A DNA stretch of 58,658 nt from Gammaproteobacteria bacterium (lineage in GTDB: Bacteria; Pseudomonadota; Gammaproteobacteria; SZUA-229): the NCBI GenBank assembly GCA_026196035.1, contig JAPHQX010000041.1, positions 1 to 58,658 on the forward strand. The letters are read 5' to 3'. Each line of letters opens with the position of its first letter. Positions within the stretch are counted from its first letter, which is position 1. The position numbers and the translations under genes are program-made. Shown in pieces: positions 23,699 through 33,995 of this stretch. The notes below the pieces were generated by a model. The model did not search any database, was not told the origin of the DNA, and was given only the letters and a program-made list of their open reading frames with translations.

Positions 23699-24400
23699 AT
23701 GGCTAATAGTCTGCCAGATGATATAAATGAAGAAGAACTCTCTCAATGGATTGAGAGTAGTCTAAAAGAGCATACCCATAACCTCTCCAGTGGTCTTCAG
23801 GGGCAAACCCTGCTTTATAAAGACTCAGACCCTAAGCTGGTTGTTAAAGTTTCTCATGGCAAAGGTCTCATGCTGATGCTTAATAAACGTATGTTAAAGC
23901 ATGAGTATGACGTTTATTGTAAACTCGCTGGCTTTAAGGCTGTGCCTCGATGTTATGGATTAATTGCCAATAAATATCTGGTGCTTGAATATATAGATGG
24001 GCAACCGATAAGAAATATTCGTCCAAAAGATGAAGTCTCATACTTTGCCAGATTACTTGATGATATTAAGCAGCTGCATTCATATGATATTGGACATATG
24101 GACCTAAAGAAAAGAGATAACCTGTTAGTCACTCATGATGATCAGCCCTGTATTATTGATTTTGGTGCAGCTGTTATTTACAAGCCAGGTTTTCATCCTT
24201 TTAATCATCTCTGGTTGAGGATAGCGAAACAATTTGATTACAATGCCTGGTTTGTGCATAAGTATCGTGATAAACCCGATAGTACGATTATTGAGGCCGA
24301 CAGGCAGTTTTTCAAGAGAACATATACTGAACGGCTATCACGTAAAATTAAACGATTTTATAAAGATAAGCTTCGTTATATTTTTAAATTAAAAAACTAA
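23699..24400 (+). CDS. Small kinase, protein-kinase-like fold (RIO/Kdo-WaaP-like)
   Basis: VVK, HEY, LEYIDG, catalytic loop HMDLKKRDNLL, IIDFG. Confidence 0.8.
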   Translation: MANSLPDDINEEELSQWIESSLKEHTHNLSSGLQGQTLLYKDSDPKLVVKVSHGKGLMLMLNKRMLKHEYDVYCKLAGFKAVPRCYGLIANKYLVLEYIDGQPIRNIRPKDEVSYFARLLDDIKQLHSYDIGHMDLKKRDNLLVTHDDQPCIIDFGAAVIYKPGFHPFNHLWLRIAKQFDYNAWFVHKYRDKPDSTIIEADRQFFKRTYTERLSRKIKRFYKDKLRYIFKLKN

Positions 24401-24435
24401 ATATCAATAAATATTTATAATTTCACGGCTGTTTA

Positions 24436-25314
24436 TCAGTAAAATGATGCTTCATTTTCCGGGCGCGTTTTGAATCGCTTGTAAATCCACTGGTATTGAG
24501 CAGGAAGTTCACGTACCAGTTCTTCAATTTCGTTATTTAGAAGCTCGGCTGCAGTTTGAGTAGATAAACCGGAAAAATTATTTTTTGATTCTCTGAAAAC
24601 AATATTGAACCCTTTTCCTTGTGGCAGGCGTTCTGCATAGGCATAAATAACCTGGCAGTTAAATTTCGTTGCCATTCTTGGTAACAGGCTCATTGTATAA
24701 GCGGGGATGTTAAAGAAGGGGGCAAACAGACCGTTGCCGCTACCGGGTTCCTGGTCAGGTAACATGCCAACAAGCTGAGAATTTTTGAGTGCTTTTGATA
24801 ATGCGCGTACACCTGTATTGTCAGTGGGTACAAGAGTTGCCCCCGTGCGTTCCCTGGCCTGACGAATCTTCTCGTCGAATTCTTTTAAGTTAGGAGGGCG
24901 ATACAGAGTGGTCATTGGGAAATGTTTAGCGCAATAAAGTGCAACTAATTCCCATGAGCCTATATGAGGCATGGCGAGTAGAACGCCTTTGTTTTGCTGT
25001 ATGCTGTTAGTGATAAGTTCCTTGCCGTTAACTGATTTAACTAATGCAAGTACAGAAGAGGCTGGTCGACTCCATATAATGCCAGTTTCAGATATCAGTT
25101 TCCCAGTTTCTAAAAGTGTATCCTGTAGTAATTTGTGTTGTTGTTTTGTATCAAGTTCAGGGAAACAGCGCTGAATATTAACCATGGCAATATGTTTCAT
25201 CTTGCTTGATTTAAATTGATAAATTCGACCAATAAATATACCCATCCAGTGTGCCAGTTTTAGAGGCATGTAAGATGTTAGCTTGAGTACAAATTTAAGC
25301 AGTTGTATCTTCAT
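24436..25314 (-). CDS. lpxL: Lipid A late acyltransferase (LpxL/HtrB family)
   Basis: PHIGSWE, LPDQ, APFF, QYQWIYKRFKTRP. Confidence 0.85.
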   Translation of the reverse strand: MKIQLLKFVLKLTSYMPLKLAHWMGIFIGRIYQFKSSKMKHIAMVNIQRCFPELDTKQQHKLLQDTLLETGKLISETGIIWSRPASSVLALVKSVNGKELITNSIQQNKGVLLAMPHIGSWELVALYCAKHFPMTTLYRPPNLKEFDEKIRQARERTGATLVPTDNTGVRALSKALKNSQLVGMLPDQEPGSGNGLFAPFFNIPAYTMSLLPRMATKFNCQVIYAYAERLPQGKGFNIVFRESKNNFSGLSTQTAAELLNNEIEELVRELPAQYQWIYKRFKTRPENEASFY

Positions 25315-25354
25315 GGTGTATTGTCGTTAAGATGGCCTGTATGGTCTGTGTACT

Positions 25355-25975
25355 TCAAGATCCAAGTATATTTTTTGCTGTATCTAAATATGCCTTTCTT
25401 CTAAATAGAAGTTGCAATCGAGTACCGCCACATTGTCGCCAGAGTACCGTTGATCTTATCCCTGCCAGTAATAAGGCGCGGATTTTACTGGCATTTGAAG
25501 TCTGATTCAGATAACCATGTTCGCCATCAACCAGTATGCGAGGGGATAAGGTGCTAATAGTTTGCTGATACAGATCCGCCAGGCTGGCTATAGTATTTTC
25601 ATGCGTCAGACTAAAGAAATCCATTTTTGACTGTGTCTTTTCCAGGCCTGCAGTAATTTCGGCCAGCATTTTTTTGTTTTTGGCCAGTTTTCTTTCAAGG
25701 ATAATCAGGCCTAATACATAACGCGTGATTTCCATATCCTGCTTTTCATTATCGCCTGATAGTTGCTTGGTTAAGGTTTTAAGTCCTGTTGAAATATCGG
25801 CGGGTGTCCCATAGATTTCAGTAACAGTATTGCTGTCGAATTTAAATAATGTTTCCAGGCTGGACTCCATTGCTGCGCTGGCAACCGAGCCGCTACGTGC
25901 GATCTGCTGTACCAGATATGCCACCTGAAAAATACCTGCCAGGGCGATTGTTCTATCACGTTGATTATGTTTCAT
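25355..25975 (-). CDS. hflD: High-frequency lysogenization protein HflD
   Basis: TIALAGIFQ, TISTLSPRI, IRALLLAGIRS..LWRQ.GG; lies downstream of mnmA. Confidence 0.93.
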   Translation of the reverse strand: MKHNQRDRTIALAGIFQVAYLVQQIARSGSVASAAMESSLETLFKFDSNTVTEIYGTPADISTGLKTLTKQLSGDNEKQDMEITRYVLGLIILERKLAKNKKMLAEITAGLEKTQSKMDFFSLTHENTIASLADLYQQTISTLSPRILVDGEHGYLNQTSNASKIRALLLAGIRSTVLWRQCGGTRLQLLFRRKAYLDTAKNILGS

Positions 25976-25976
25976 C

Positions 25977-27074
25977 TTATTTGTTATACATAGCGTCAAT
26001 AACGCCACCACCCATGCAGATATTGTCCTGATAAAAGACTATTGACTGACCGGGCGTTATGGCTCTTTGTGGTTCTTCGAATCTAACACTGCATTCATTG
26101 CTAGATAACTCTATGATTTCACATTTCTGATCAGGCTGGCGATAACGAACCTTCGCCATACATTCAAGCGGTAATTCAGGTTGCCTGTTGTTCACCCAGT
26201 GTAACTGACTGGCAGTTAAATACTGATGGAAGAGCATAGGGTGATTTTCGCCCTGACCGACAATTAAGGTATTATGTTCCAGATCCTTTTCCAGGCTATA
26301 CCAGGGTTCTTCATCTGAGCCTTTTACGCCGCCAATACCAAGGCCTTTGCGCTGGCCTAATGTGTAATACATTAATCCATGATGTTTTCCAATAACATCG
26401 CCATCAGTAGTCTCAATATTACCTGGTTGGGCGGGCAGGTATTGTTGTAAAAAGTCCTTGAATTTACGCTCACCAATAAAACAGATTCCAGTACTGTCTT
26501 TTTTTGCATGATTTACAAAACCTGCTTTTTCGGCAATTAATCGGACTTCAGTTTTTTCTATATCACCAATTGGAAAAAGGCTGTGTTTTAATTGATGTTG
26601 GCCCAGAGTATATAAAAAATAACTTTGATCCTTGTTGGGGTCATAACCTTTCAAAAGATAATACTGGTCATCATCATTGCTGACGCGTACATAATGTCCT
26701 GTGGCAATATAATTAGCCCCCAGGTTTAACGCATAATCAAGAAAGGCCTTAAATTTTATTTCTTTATTACACAATATATCGGGATTAGGTGTTCTACCAG
26801 CACTGTATTCATCAAGAAAATGTTTGAATACACGATCCCAGTACTGGTCAGAAAAATTAACACTATGCAATTTGATGTCTAATTGATCGCAGACCTTCTG
26901 AGCATCCTCAAGGTCAATGGCCGCAGCACAGTAATCTTCATCATCATCCTGTTCCCAGTTTTTCATAAACAGGCCTTCAACCTGATAACCCTGATTAATC
27001 AACCTAAGTGCGGCAACTGATGAATCAACACCCCCAGACATACCAACTATGACTCGTTTATTCAACTTCATCAT
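25977..27074 (-). CDS. mnmA: tRNA 2-thiouridylase MnmA
   Basis: [35 protein letters not shown]. Confidence 0.97.
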   Translation of the reverse strand: MMKLNKRVIVGMSGGVDSSVAALRLINQGYQVEGLFMKNWEQDDDEDYCAAAIDLEDAQKVCDQLDIKLHSVNFSDQYWDRVFKHFLDEYSAGRTPNPDILCNKEIKFKAFLDYALNLGANYIATGHYVRVSNDDDQYYLLKGYDPNKDQSYFLYTLGQHQLKHSLFPIGDIEKTEVRLIAEKAGFVNHAKKDSTGICFIGERKFKDFLQQYLPAQPGNIETTDGDVIGKHHGLMYYTLGQRKGLGIGGVKGSDEEPWYSLEKDLEHNTLIVGQGENHPMLFHQYLTASQLHWVNNRQPELPLECMAKVRYRQPDQKCEIIELSSNECSVRFEEPQRAITPGQSIVFYQDNICMGGGVIDAMYNK

Positions 27075-27663
27075 CCTGTGATATAGCAGGTTCAAATTTT
27101 GGCAATATTTTTTTTATTTCTTCTGGTATGCGCTTAATGGATTTTTCATCTTTCCATTTATCATAAAGAGCTATTTCTGGTTTTGTACCAAACGGGGTGC
27201 TGGTCGGGTCAACGATATATATTTCGCTGGTCGTAGTTGATTGTAATGCGACAGCTGATTCAGTATTCACTAACCAGACAGATCTTTTCTGGCTGTTGCG
27301 TAATAAATGCTTCTGTATAAATCCGTTATCAAGAAGTAGTATCACTGCTTTTCGAGTATTGTAGGTTTCATCTTTATTTGTTAAATTAAAATTTATCTGT
27401 TCATCATTATTATGATCTGATTGATTGATCAGCTGAGTAATAATGTCCCGTTCTATGTATTTTAATGCGCTGGCAATACAGTTTCGTTCTTCATCTTCAT
27501 TGGTAATTGCATTTTTAAATATTGTAACAACTTCATCCCATGCAGGGTCTGATACCGTCATCACCTGGCGTTTGCTGCAATCAGACATGCATATCATTAT
27601 TTGCGGGCCTGCAAGAGTGATATGACTTAGTAGAATTAATAATACCCCAGTTAATATTCGCAT
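27058..27663 (-). CDS. Hypothetical secreted protein
   Basis: 201-aa ORF with a signal peptide, tightly packed between nudJ and mnmA. Confidence 0.75.
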   Translation of the reverse strand: MRILTGVLLILLSHITLAGPQIMICMSDCSKRQVMTVSDPAWDEVVTIFKNAITNEDEERNCIASALKYIERDIITQLINQSDHNNDEQINFNLTNKDETYNTRKAVILLLDNGFIQKHLLRNSQKRSVWLVNTESAVALQSTTTSEIYIVDPTSTPFGTKPEIALYDKWKDEKSIKRIPEEIKKILPKFEPAISQDDEVE

Positions 27664-27666
27664 AGC

Positions 27667-28110
27667 TTATATATCGATTAGCAATTCAAGTGGGTAGCGA
27701 TGTCCTGCCAGGTAATCATCAATACAACGTATCACCATTGGGCTACGTAATTGTGGTGATTTTTCAATTAACTCATCTCGGGTCATCCAGACAGCGCGTA
27801 TAATACCTTCATCGAGCGTCTGTTCAGCTCTATGGTCATCACACTGTCCACAGAAAGCAATACGTGTGTATGTTCTCTTGGTTTCAGGTTGTTGCCAGCG
27901 GTAGAGTCCAGTAATCGCTTCCGGGTGTAAACGCCAGGCCGTTTCTTCCCATGTTTCACGAATCACAGCATCAATAAAACTTTCGCCGGGATCAAGATGC
28001 CCTGCAGGTTGATTAAAAACAATCCGACCTTCGCATTCTTCTTCAACCATTAAAAATTGATTATCTCGTTCAATAATAGCAGCTACTGTTGCGTGGGGTT
28101 TCCAGATCAT
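27667..28110 (-). CDS. nudJ: NUDIX hydrolase (NudJ-like)
   Basis: WKPHATVA, NQPAGHL, RETWEET Nudix box, LRSPMV. Confidence 0.9.
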   Translation of the reverse strand: MIWKPHATVAAIIERDNQFLMVEEECEGRIVFNQPAGHLDPGESFIDAVIRETWEETAWRLHPEAITGLYRWQQPETKRTYTRIAFCGQCDDHRAEQTLDEGIIRAVWMTRDELIEKSPQLRSPMVIRCIDDYLAGHRYPLELLIDI

Positions 28111-28128
28111 AATAAATGTGTCTTTTGC

Positions 28129-28644
28129 TTAGCGTCGATTTTTTTTCTTTTTATCTAAATAGCGAAGAACTGCGAGTCGCCAGAGTAACCGTATACTCGT
28201 AAAACCCAGTGCTGAACTGACTATAGCCAGTGTCAGGCATCCTGTTAGAAAAGGTTTCCAGATGATGAGCATTTCGGTTTTTAACCAGTCCATTGTGGGT
28301 TCAAACACAAAGTGCATTTCATTAACACCCAGAATCCAGGTACCCAGTAAGTAAGCAAAGTAAAACATGGGAGGCATAGTCAGCGGGTTACTGATCCACA
28401 CCAGGGCAACTGAAATGGGCAGGTTGCTACGAATTATGATGGCGGCACCTGCTGCTAATGCCATTTGAAATGGTACGGGTATCCACATAAAAAATAGACC
28501 CACGGCAAAAGCACTGGCAATCGAGCGTCTATTCAGGTGCCAGAGATTGGGTTCATGCAATAATGTACCAAACATTTTTATTGATTTATGATCACGAATC
28601 TTATGTGGATCAGGTAAAAATTTGCGAATAAATTTTCTAGGCAT
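28129..28644 (-). CDS. DUF2062 membrane protein
   Basis: MPRKF, PNLWHLNRRS, WISNPLT; adjacent to comEC. Confidence 0.88.
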   Translation of the reverse strand: MPRKFIRKFLPDPHKIRDHKSIKMFGTLLHEPNLWHLNRRSIASAFAVGLFFMWIPVPFQMALAAGAAIIIRSNLPISVALVWISNPLTMPPMFYFAYLLGTWILGVNEMHFVFEPTMDWLKTEMLIIWKPFLTGCLTLAIVSSALGFTSIRLLWRLAVLRYLDKKKKNRR

Positions 28645-28738
28645 ATTACTGAGGTAAATAAATCTACATTCCGGCAGTGTTACATTATTAAGAGCATAGC
28701 GATTATCCAATTATCGCTGTTTAAGCTTCGGCATACAA

Positions 28739-31051
28739 ATGAAAAGGACTTTTCATATGAGAATAGGGATATCAGCCTGTGCGCTGTCCTTGCTGACCGG
28801 TGTCTGCACTATGCAATGTTTTACGATATTGCCTGATGCCCGCTGGTTGTGGTTATTACCCGTCTGTGTTTTATACATTATTACCGCTTCAGGATGGTTC
28901 AGGTATCTGGTCATTGGTCTTGTGGGTCTATTGTGGGCCATGATGCATGCACATGATTATTTTAATTCTATCCTGCCTGAACCTATTGCAGGTAATGACC
29001 TCTGGGTAGAGGGCATAATTACGGATATACCTGATATTACTGAACAATCTTCCAGGTTTAATTTAAGGCTCACTCAGAGCTCTTTTAGTGATGACGCGCA
29101 GCCTGAAATCATACGTCTTAGCTGGTATAGAGAAAAAATAGCCCTCAAAGCAGGTGAAAAATGGCGTTTACTGGTTAGATTAAAGCCGCCTCATGGACTG
29201 ATGAACCCCGGGGGCTTTGATTATGAACGCTGGTTATATCAACAGGGGATTCATGCAACCGGGTATGTGCGTCGACATAGTGATAATCACAAACTGGCTG
29301 ATGCGAGTTCTCTGGATATCAACAAATACCGTCAAATTATCCTGGATCGACTAACAAATAGTAGCAACCGAGAATTTAACGACCTGATTGCAGCCTTAAC
29401 CATAGGCTATAAATCCGATATAAGCAGTCAGCACTGGAGACTACTGACCTTGACAGGCACCAGTCATTTGATGGCGATTTCGGGCCTGCATATTGGTCTT
29501 GTGGCTGGCATGGTGTTCTGGGGGATTCGACGACTCAATCTGTCAATAATTACACATCATCCTTCTGATCTACAGTTAGCGGCTATGGTGTCACTGTTGT
29601 TTGCAATCATTTATGCGCTACTGGCAGGATTTGCCATTCCAACCCAGCGTGCTCTGATTATGCTCACGGTCGTGATGCTGGGTCTATTGTTTAAACGGCA
29701 GGTCAGGCCGGTAACGGGTCTATCACTGGCTTTGATTATTATTCTAGTGCTTGACCCTGTCTCTGTGCTTTCAGTGGGTTTCTGGTTCTCATTTATGGCT
29801 GTGGCCGTGATCAGTTACAGTTTTAGTGGTCGATTAAAACCGCTTAATATCTGGCAGCAATGGGGGCGACTACAATGGGTACTCGCTCTGGCTTTATTTC
29901 CTTTGAGTCTGTATATATTTCAGCAGGGCTCAATCATTTCACCACTGGCTAATTTTGTACTGGTACCCTGGGTCAGCATTCTGGTGGTTCCCCTGGTGCT
30001 GATGGCAGGTATAATGGTTTTTTTATATGAACCTCTGGCCGGGCTGATATTTGATCTGGCTGATGCCTCATTAGGCCTGATCTGGCCGTTTATCCAGATG
30101 CTTTCAGAACTACAATTTGCCAGCTGGTATAGCGCTCAGCATAAATGGCTAGTTCTAATTTTATCCCTCTCTGGAATGCTGCTGATACTTGCCCCCAGAG
30201 GCATACCCTTTAGATTCCTGGGACTGTTTATGCTATTACCGCTGATAAGTTATGAGGAAGAAAAACTCAAACAGGCTGAGTTCACGGCGAGTTTACTGGA
30301 CGTTGGTCAGGGCTTATCCCTTTTTATTCAAACATCAAATCACAGCCTGCTGTTTGATACCGGCCCGAAATTTAGCGAAAGCTTTGATACAGGTAGAATG
30401 GTGGTATTGCCATTTTTAAAAGCCAGAGGTATTCATCAACTGGATAAAATGATCGTTAGTCATGGGGATAACGACCATATTGGTGGCGCACAATCGATTT
30501 TAGAGGCTATTAAAGTTGATCATTTAACCGGTCAGGACCTTAATAGTCTTCGGCATGATAATAAATCTCTTTGCCAGCAGGGAGACGCCTGGCAGTGGGA
30601 CGGTATCAATTTTCAGATATTGCACCCGGATTCCTCAGGTTTGTATCAAAAGCGAAATAATTATGCCTGTGTACTTCGTATCAGTTCATCTTATGGCAGT
30701 CTGCTGGTAACGTCAGACATAGAAAAAAGGGCAGAACAGCGCATACTCAGAGATCACGCCGGACAATTGAAGTCTGATGTAATGATTATTCCCCATCACG
30801 GCAGTAAAACATCATCAACAGAGCCATTTATTGAAGCGGTTTCACCACATTATGCGTTGGTGTCGTCAGGCTACAGAAATCGCTTTGGTCACCCTAAAAA
30901 GATCATTTTGTCACGTTATAGGGCACGTAACATTACACTATTAAATACAACTGACATGGGCGCCATCGATATTTTATTTAATCAGCAGCAGGGTGTCGCA
31001 AAACCTGTGTCATATCGCGCAATGTCTGGCAACTACTGGAATCATCATTAA
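28739..31051 (+). CDS. comEC: DNA internalisation competence protein ComEC/Rec2
   Basis: NPGGFDYE, HLMAISGLH, DVGQG, SHGDNDHIGG, PHHGS metallo-beta-lactamase-like domain. Start may be ATG 28757. Confidence 0.95.
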   Translation: MKRTFHMRIGISACALSLLTGVCTMQCFTILPDARWLWLLPVCVLYIITASGWFRYLVIGLVGLLWAMMHAHDYFNSILPEPIAGNDLWVEGIITDIPDITEQSSRFNLRLTQSSFSDDAQPEIIRLSWYREKIALKAGEKWRLLVRLKPPHGLMNPGGFDYERWLYQQGIHATGYVRRHSDNHKLADASSLDINKYRQIILDRLTNSSNREFNDLIAALTIGYKSDISSQHWRLLTLTGTSHLMAISGLHIGLVAGMVFWGIRRLNLSIITHHPSDLQLAAMVSLLFAIIYALLAGFAIPTQRALIMLTVVMLGLLFKRQVRPVTGLSLALIIILVLDPVSVLSVGFWFSFMAVAVISYSFSGRLKPLNIWQQWGRLQWVLALALFPLSLYIFQQGSIISPLANFVLVPWVSILVVPLVLMAGIMVFLYEPLAGLIFDLADASLGLIWPFIQMLSELQFASWYSAQHKWLVLILSLSGMLLILAPRGIPFRFLGLFMLLPLISYEEEKLKQAEFTASLLDVGQGLSLFIQTSNHSLLFDTGPKFSESFDTGRMVVLPFLKARGIHQLDKMIVSHGDNDHIGGAQSILEAIKVDHLTGQDLNSLRHDNKSLCQQGDAWQWDGINFQILHPDSSGLYQKRNNYACVLRISSSYGSLLVTSDIEKRAEQRILRDHAGQLKSDVMIIPHHGSKTSSTEPFIEAVSPHYALVSSGYRNRFGHPKKIILSRYRARNITLLNTTDMGAIDILFNQQQGVAKPVSYRAMSGNYWNHH

Positions 31052-31159
31052 AGTTGCTGGAAATTTGATCAGTTAAACTGTGATCCACATGGGCTTCGAT
31101 AACTCGGAGAAATACAGTATTATGTGTGCCAATACTAAATCACAAAAGGGCTGGCTACT

Positions 31160-31804
31160 GTGTTTGAAATGGTAAAAGCAGGGGGATGGTTAATGTTCCC
31201 TATTATAGGCTGCTCAATTATTGCATTAGGCATTATTCTTGAGCGTTTCTGGAGCTTACAAAGTAAAAAGGTTATTCCCAAACATCTGGTTGCGACTATC
31301 TGGCACTGGGTTAAAGAAGGTCAGCTAGAACGTAGCAAGATAGAGTCTTTAGGCAAAAAATCAGCGCTGGGTAAAATTCTGGCAGCAGGATTAAATAATC
31401 GCCATCTAGAGAGACAGCGTATTAAAGAAAGTATCGAAGAAACAGGGCGTCAGGTGGTGCATGAGATGGAACGCTTTCTGAATACACTGGGCACCATTGC
31501 GGCGATATCTCCCTTGCTTGGCTTACTGGGTACGGTTATTGGAATGATAAAAGTGTTCAATGCCATTACCAGTTCTGGCGTAGGTAATGCAGCACCACTG
31601 GCTGGCGGTATTTCCCAGGCGCTCATTACTACCGCGGCAGGTTTATCAGTCGCCATCATTGCACTTATGTTTCATCGTTACTTTCGTGGTCGAGTTGATG
31701 AAATAGTGGTTAAGATGGAAGAAGAAGCTATCAAGATGGTCGATGTATTGCACAATAATCGCACGTCAGAAACTTCAGCCAGCAAGACGGAGAAAGCAGC
31801 TTGA
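31160..31804 (+). CDS. exbB: MotA/TolQ/ExbB proton channel protein
   Basis: SPLLGLLGTVIGMI, GISQALITTAAGL. Confidence 0.88.
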   Translation: MFEMVKAGGWLMFPIIGCSIIALGIILERFWSLQSKKVIPKHLVATIWHWVKEGQLERSKIESLGKKSALGKILAAGLNNRHLERQRIKESIEETGRQVVHEMERFLNTLGTIAAISPLLGLLGTVIGMIKVFNAITSSGVGNAAPLAGGISQALITTAAGLSVAIIALMFHRYFRGRVDEIVVKMEEEAIKMVDVLHNNRTSETSASKTEKAA

Positions 31805-32220
31805 ATCTAAAGCCCGATCGCCGTGATGATATCGAACTTAATTTAACACCGCTTATCGATGTTGTTTTTCTGTTGCTGATTTTTTTTATGGTATCAACAA
31901 CATTTGATAAACAGGCAAAACTTAAAATTGTTTTGCCTGAAGCAACTGCAGCGGCTGAACAGACAAACGATAATGCTGTTGTTATAGGAATAGATTCTAA
32001 AGGTAGTTTCTTTATCAATGATCGTCAGCTGGTCAATACGCAAGCAAAAACCCTGAAGCTCGCACTGATGAAAATAGTTGGTGATAATAAAGACGTGCCC
32101 CTGGTCATTAGAGCGGATGCAAAAACGCCTCACGCATCAGTTGTTAAAGCCATGGATGTTGCTGCGCAATTAAATTTAACTCAGATGTCAATTGCGACAC
32201 TTGAAAATCAGTCCGAATAA
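31801..32220 (+). CDS. exbD: ExbD/TolR family protein
   Basis: NLTPLIDVVFLLLIFFMV, IRAD. Confidence 0.9.
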   Translation: MNLKPDRRDDIELNLTPLIDVVFLLLIFFMVSTTFDKQAKLKIVLPEATAAAEQTNDNAVVIGIDSKGSFFINDRQLVNTQAKTLKLALMKIVGDNKDVPLVIRADAKTPHASVVKAMDVAAQLNLTQMSIATLENQSE

Positions 32221-32226
32221 TTAAAA

Positions 32227-33981
32227 ATGAATGATTCACCGTCTCATTTCAGAGTCACATACCGTCGTTTAGTCGCTTATACACTTAACTACTGGAATAT
32301 TTTTTTGATGGCGATAGCCGGCATGATTCTGGTTGCGCTTTCTCAACCCGGTTTCGCGGCTCTAATGGAGCCCATGCTTGACGGCAGTTTTGTAGATAAA
32401 AATCCTGATACGATCAAATGGGTACCTTTTGCCATAGTTGCTGTTTTTCTTGTTCGTGCCCTTGGTGGTTTTATCTCTGATTACGGAATGAGCTGGGTTG
32501 GCCGTATGGTAATCAAAGACCTGCGTGATGAAATGTTTAACAAACTCATGCTATTACCGGGCGACTATTATGATAAAAATTCAACCGGTAATACAATTTC
32601 AAAATTTACCTATGATGTAGAGCAGGTTGCTCAGGCAGCAACTAATGCCATTACGATTATGATACGTGATGTACTAATGGTCATAAGCCTGATTGGCTAT
32701 ATGTTTTTTATAAGCCCGCTATTAGCAGCTCTGTTTCTTCTAATTGGACCATTCATAGCATTTCTGATTTCACTGGTGTCCAGACGGTTTCGTAAGGTCA
32801 GTCAGCGAATTCAACAATCCATGGGCAAGGTCACTCATGTTGTAGAAGAGGCTATTCAGGCACAACGGGTTGTCAAAATATTTGGTGGCCAGGAATACGA
32901 AAAAAATCAGTTTTCCAGCTCAAATGAAAGCAATCGAAAACAGAATATGCGACTGGTTGCAACGACCAGTATAAGCACGCCAATTATTCAGGTTATTGTT
33001 GCTTTTGCCCTTGCCGGTATTATTTATATGGCCACAATGGAAGGCATAAAAAATAGTATTACAGTGGGTGCATTTGTGGCATTTATAACAGCCATGATGA
33101 TGTTATTTGCACCTGTAAAAAGATTGACCAATGTTAATGCGATATTACAAAAAGGTATTGCAGCAGCAGACAGTATTTTTAATTTACTCGATACCCAGGC
33201 AGAGCACGATGACGGTGAATATAAAACTAATCGTGTTGCAGGGAATATTGAGTTTAAAAATATTAATTTTAGATACGCATCCAATCCAGATAAATATGTG
33301 CTGAAATCAATTAATTTAAATATACGAGCGGGTCAGACGATTGCATTTGTCGGTCGCTCGGGTAGTGGCAAGTCAACATTAGTTAATCTGTTGCCACGTT
33401 TGTATGATTCCTATGAGGGCGAGATACAGATAGATGGACAGGATATCAGGCATTATACGTTAGATTCATTGCGCAACCAGATTGCCTATGTTGGTCAGGA
33501 AATTGTTCTTTTTAATGATACAGTTGAACATAATATAGCTTATGGCAGTTTGCATGATTATTCTGAACAGGATGTTATAACAGCAGCAAAATCAGCTCAT
33601 GCCTACGAGTTTATTGAGCAAATGATTCATGGCATGCAAACCATTGTCGGTGAAAAAGGTGTTCTTCTGTCTGGTGGCCAAAGACAGCGGATTGCTATCG
33701 CACGAGCGCTGCTTAAAAATGCCCCCATACTCATACTTGATGAAGCAACGTCTGCACTGGATACAGAATCAGAACGTCACATACAGTCAGCTCTCGAGGA
33801 ACTAATTAAAAATCGGACAACCCTGGTGATTGCACATCGTTTATCGACTATTGAAAATGCAGATCTTATAGTGGTAATGGATGACGGTAATATTGTTGAA
33901 ACCGGCAGCCATAAAGAATTATTAGCACAGGGTGGCCACTATTCATCATTACATCAAATGCAGTTTTCAGATGCCGGTTAG
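32227..33981 (+). CDS. msbA: Lipid A flippase MsbA
   Basis: ABC TM domain plus GRSGSGKST, LSGGQRQR, LDEATSALD; precedes lpxK. Confidence 0.95.
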   Translation: MNDSPSHFRVTYRRLVAYTLNYWNIFLMAIAGMILVALSQPGFAALMEPMLDGSFVDKNPDTIKWVPFAIVAVFLVRALGGFISDYGMSWVGRMVIKDLRDEMFNKLMLLPGDYYDKNSTGNTISKFTYDVEQVAQAATNAITIMIRDVLMVISLIGYMFFISPLLAALFLLIGPFIAFLISLVSRRFRKVSQRIQQSMGKVTHVVEEAIQAQRVVKIFGGQEYEKNQFSSSNESNRKQNMRLVATTSISTPIIQVIVAFALAGIIYMATMEGIKNSITVGAFVAFITAMMMLFAPVKRLTNVNAILQKGIAAADSIFNLLDTQAEHDDGEYKTNRVAGNIEFKNINFRYASNPDKYVLKSINLNIRAGQTIAFVGRSGSGKSTLVNLLPRLYDSYEGEIQIDGQDIRHYTLDSLRNQIAYVGQEIVLFNDTVEHNIAYGSLHDYSEQDVITAAKSAHAYEFIEQMIHGMQTIVGEKGVLLSGGQRQRIAIARALLKNAPILILDEATSALDTESERHIQSALEELIKNRTTLVIAHRLSTIENADLIVVMDDGNIVETGSHKELLAQGGHYSSLHQMQFSDAG

Positions 33982-33995
33982 AATCTGAGTATCAA

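Noticed and set aside
25355-25975. hflD or sfsA as evidence of a prophage or defence island
   Set aside because: Both are ordinary chromosomal genes, and no phage, integrase or defence genes were recognised in the window.
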